DNA of 7,331 bases from Amoeboradix gromovi X-113 (Eukaryota; Fungi; Sanchytriomycota): contig JADGIF010000515.1 of the NCBI GenBank assembly GCA_018985225.1, forward strand, positions 1-7,331. Direction: 5' to 3'. Below the pieces are notes generated by a model, which saw only the letters and a program-made list of their open reading frames with translations, searched no databases and was not told the DNA's origin. Positions within the stretch are counted from its first letter, which is position 1, and the number at the start of each line of letters is the position of its first letter. The translations under genes and the position numbers were made by a program. This document shows, one piece after another, positions 7,020 to 7,331 of this stretch.

Positions 7020-7331
7020 TTAATGGTGTCTTCTTATAACATCTTGACAGAATTCGTTAAATGTGTACCCATTCTTTAACTCGAATTCGTATTCAGGTTG
7101 CATAAACAATGCCAACGTGTTTCTGCTCCAGCATTCCAGCTCTTCACTTGAAGAAACACAGTGTGGCGTAGCTTTAATAAAGCCTTTGGTGTAGATCTGC
7201 AGTGCCTCGCCAGTTTGAAATGCCAAACAATTTGATGGAATACTAACAGAATTTAGTTGGCCACTTCTAGTTTTAATGAATAAACCGCAATAGTCACTCT
7301 CTTTTGGAGTGCCATTGGAGGAGTACAATGG
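7020..7331 (-). CDS. 2-oxoglutarate/Fe(II)-dependent oxygenase (IPNS-like), C-terminal part; continues beyond the window edge
   Basis: GLFIKTRSG...IPSNCLAFQTGEALQ...IKATPHCV...SRNTLALFMQP contains the distal His and the RxT 2OG-binding motif. The frame is open to position 7331. Confidence 0.88.
   Translation of the reverse strand, partial: PLYSSNGTPKESDYCGLFIKTRSGQLNSVSIPSNCLAFQTGEALQIYTKGFIKATPHCVSSSEELECWSRNTLALFMQPEYEFELKNGYTFNEFCQDVIRRHH

Noticed and set aside
1-7331. CRISPR array, rRNA, or an alternative genetic code (TAA/TAG read as Gln)
   Set aside because: No regularly spaced repeats or rRNA motifs. The conserved genes are uninterrupted and end at TAA at the expected C-termini.

Overview
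AT-rich (about 35% GC by line sampling), gene-dense window with no introns evident in the CDSs and the standard genetic code. It most likely comes from a compact microbial eukaryote (fungus-like or early-diverging; inferred from protein sequence style only). Minus-strand genes are gamma-glutamyl phosphate reductase (PRO2/proA), dUTPase, a GH18 chitinase, a ToxA-like class I SAM methyltransferase and the 3' end of a 2OG-Fe(II) oxygenase. One plus-strand gene encodes a small cationic, probably secreted, 4-Cys orphan protein. The ORF track misses two things. (1) Two diverged copies of a small terminal-inverted-repeat element (1907-2274 and 3606-4056) lie in the same orientation on either side of the dUTPase, and each keeps the decayed 3' end of an ORF that stops inside the right TIR. 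(2) The chitinase is a roughly 50% GC island, has no signal peptide, carries a variant SxxSxDxE catalytic motif and, from recall, closely resembles Chlorovirus A260R-type chitinases, which suggests horizontal or giant-virus origin.
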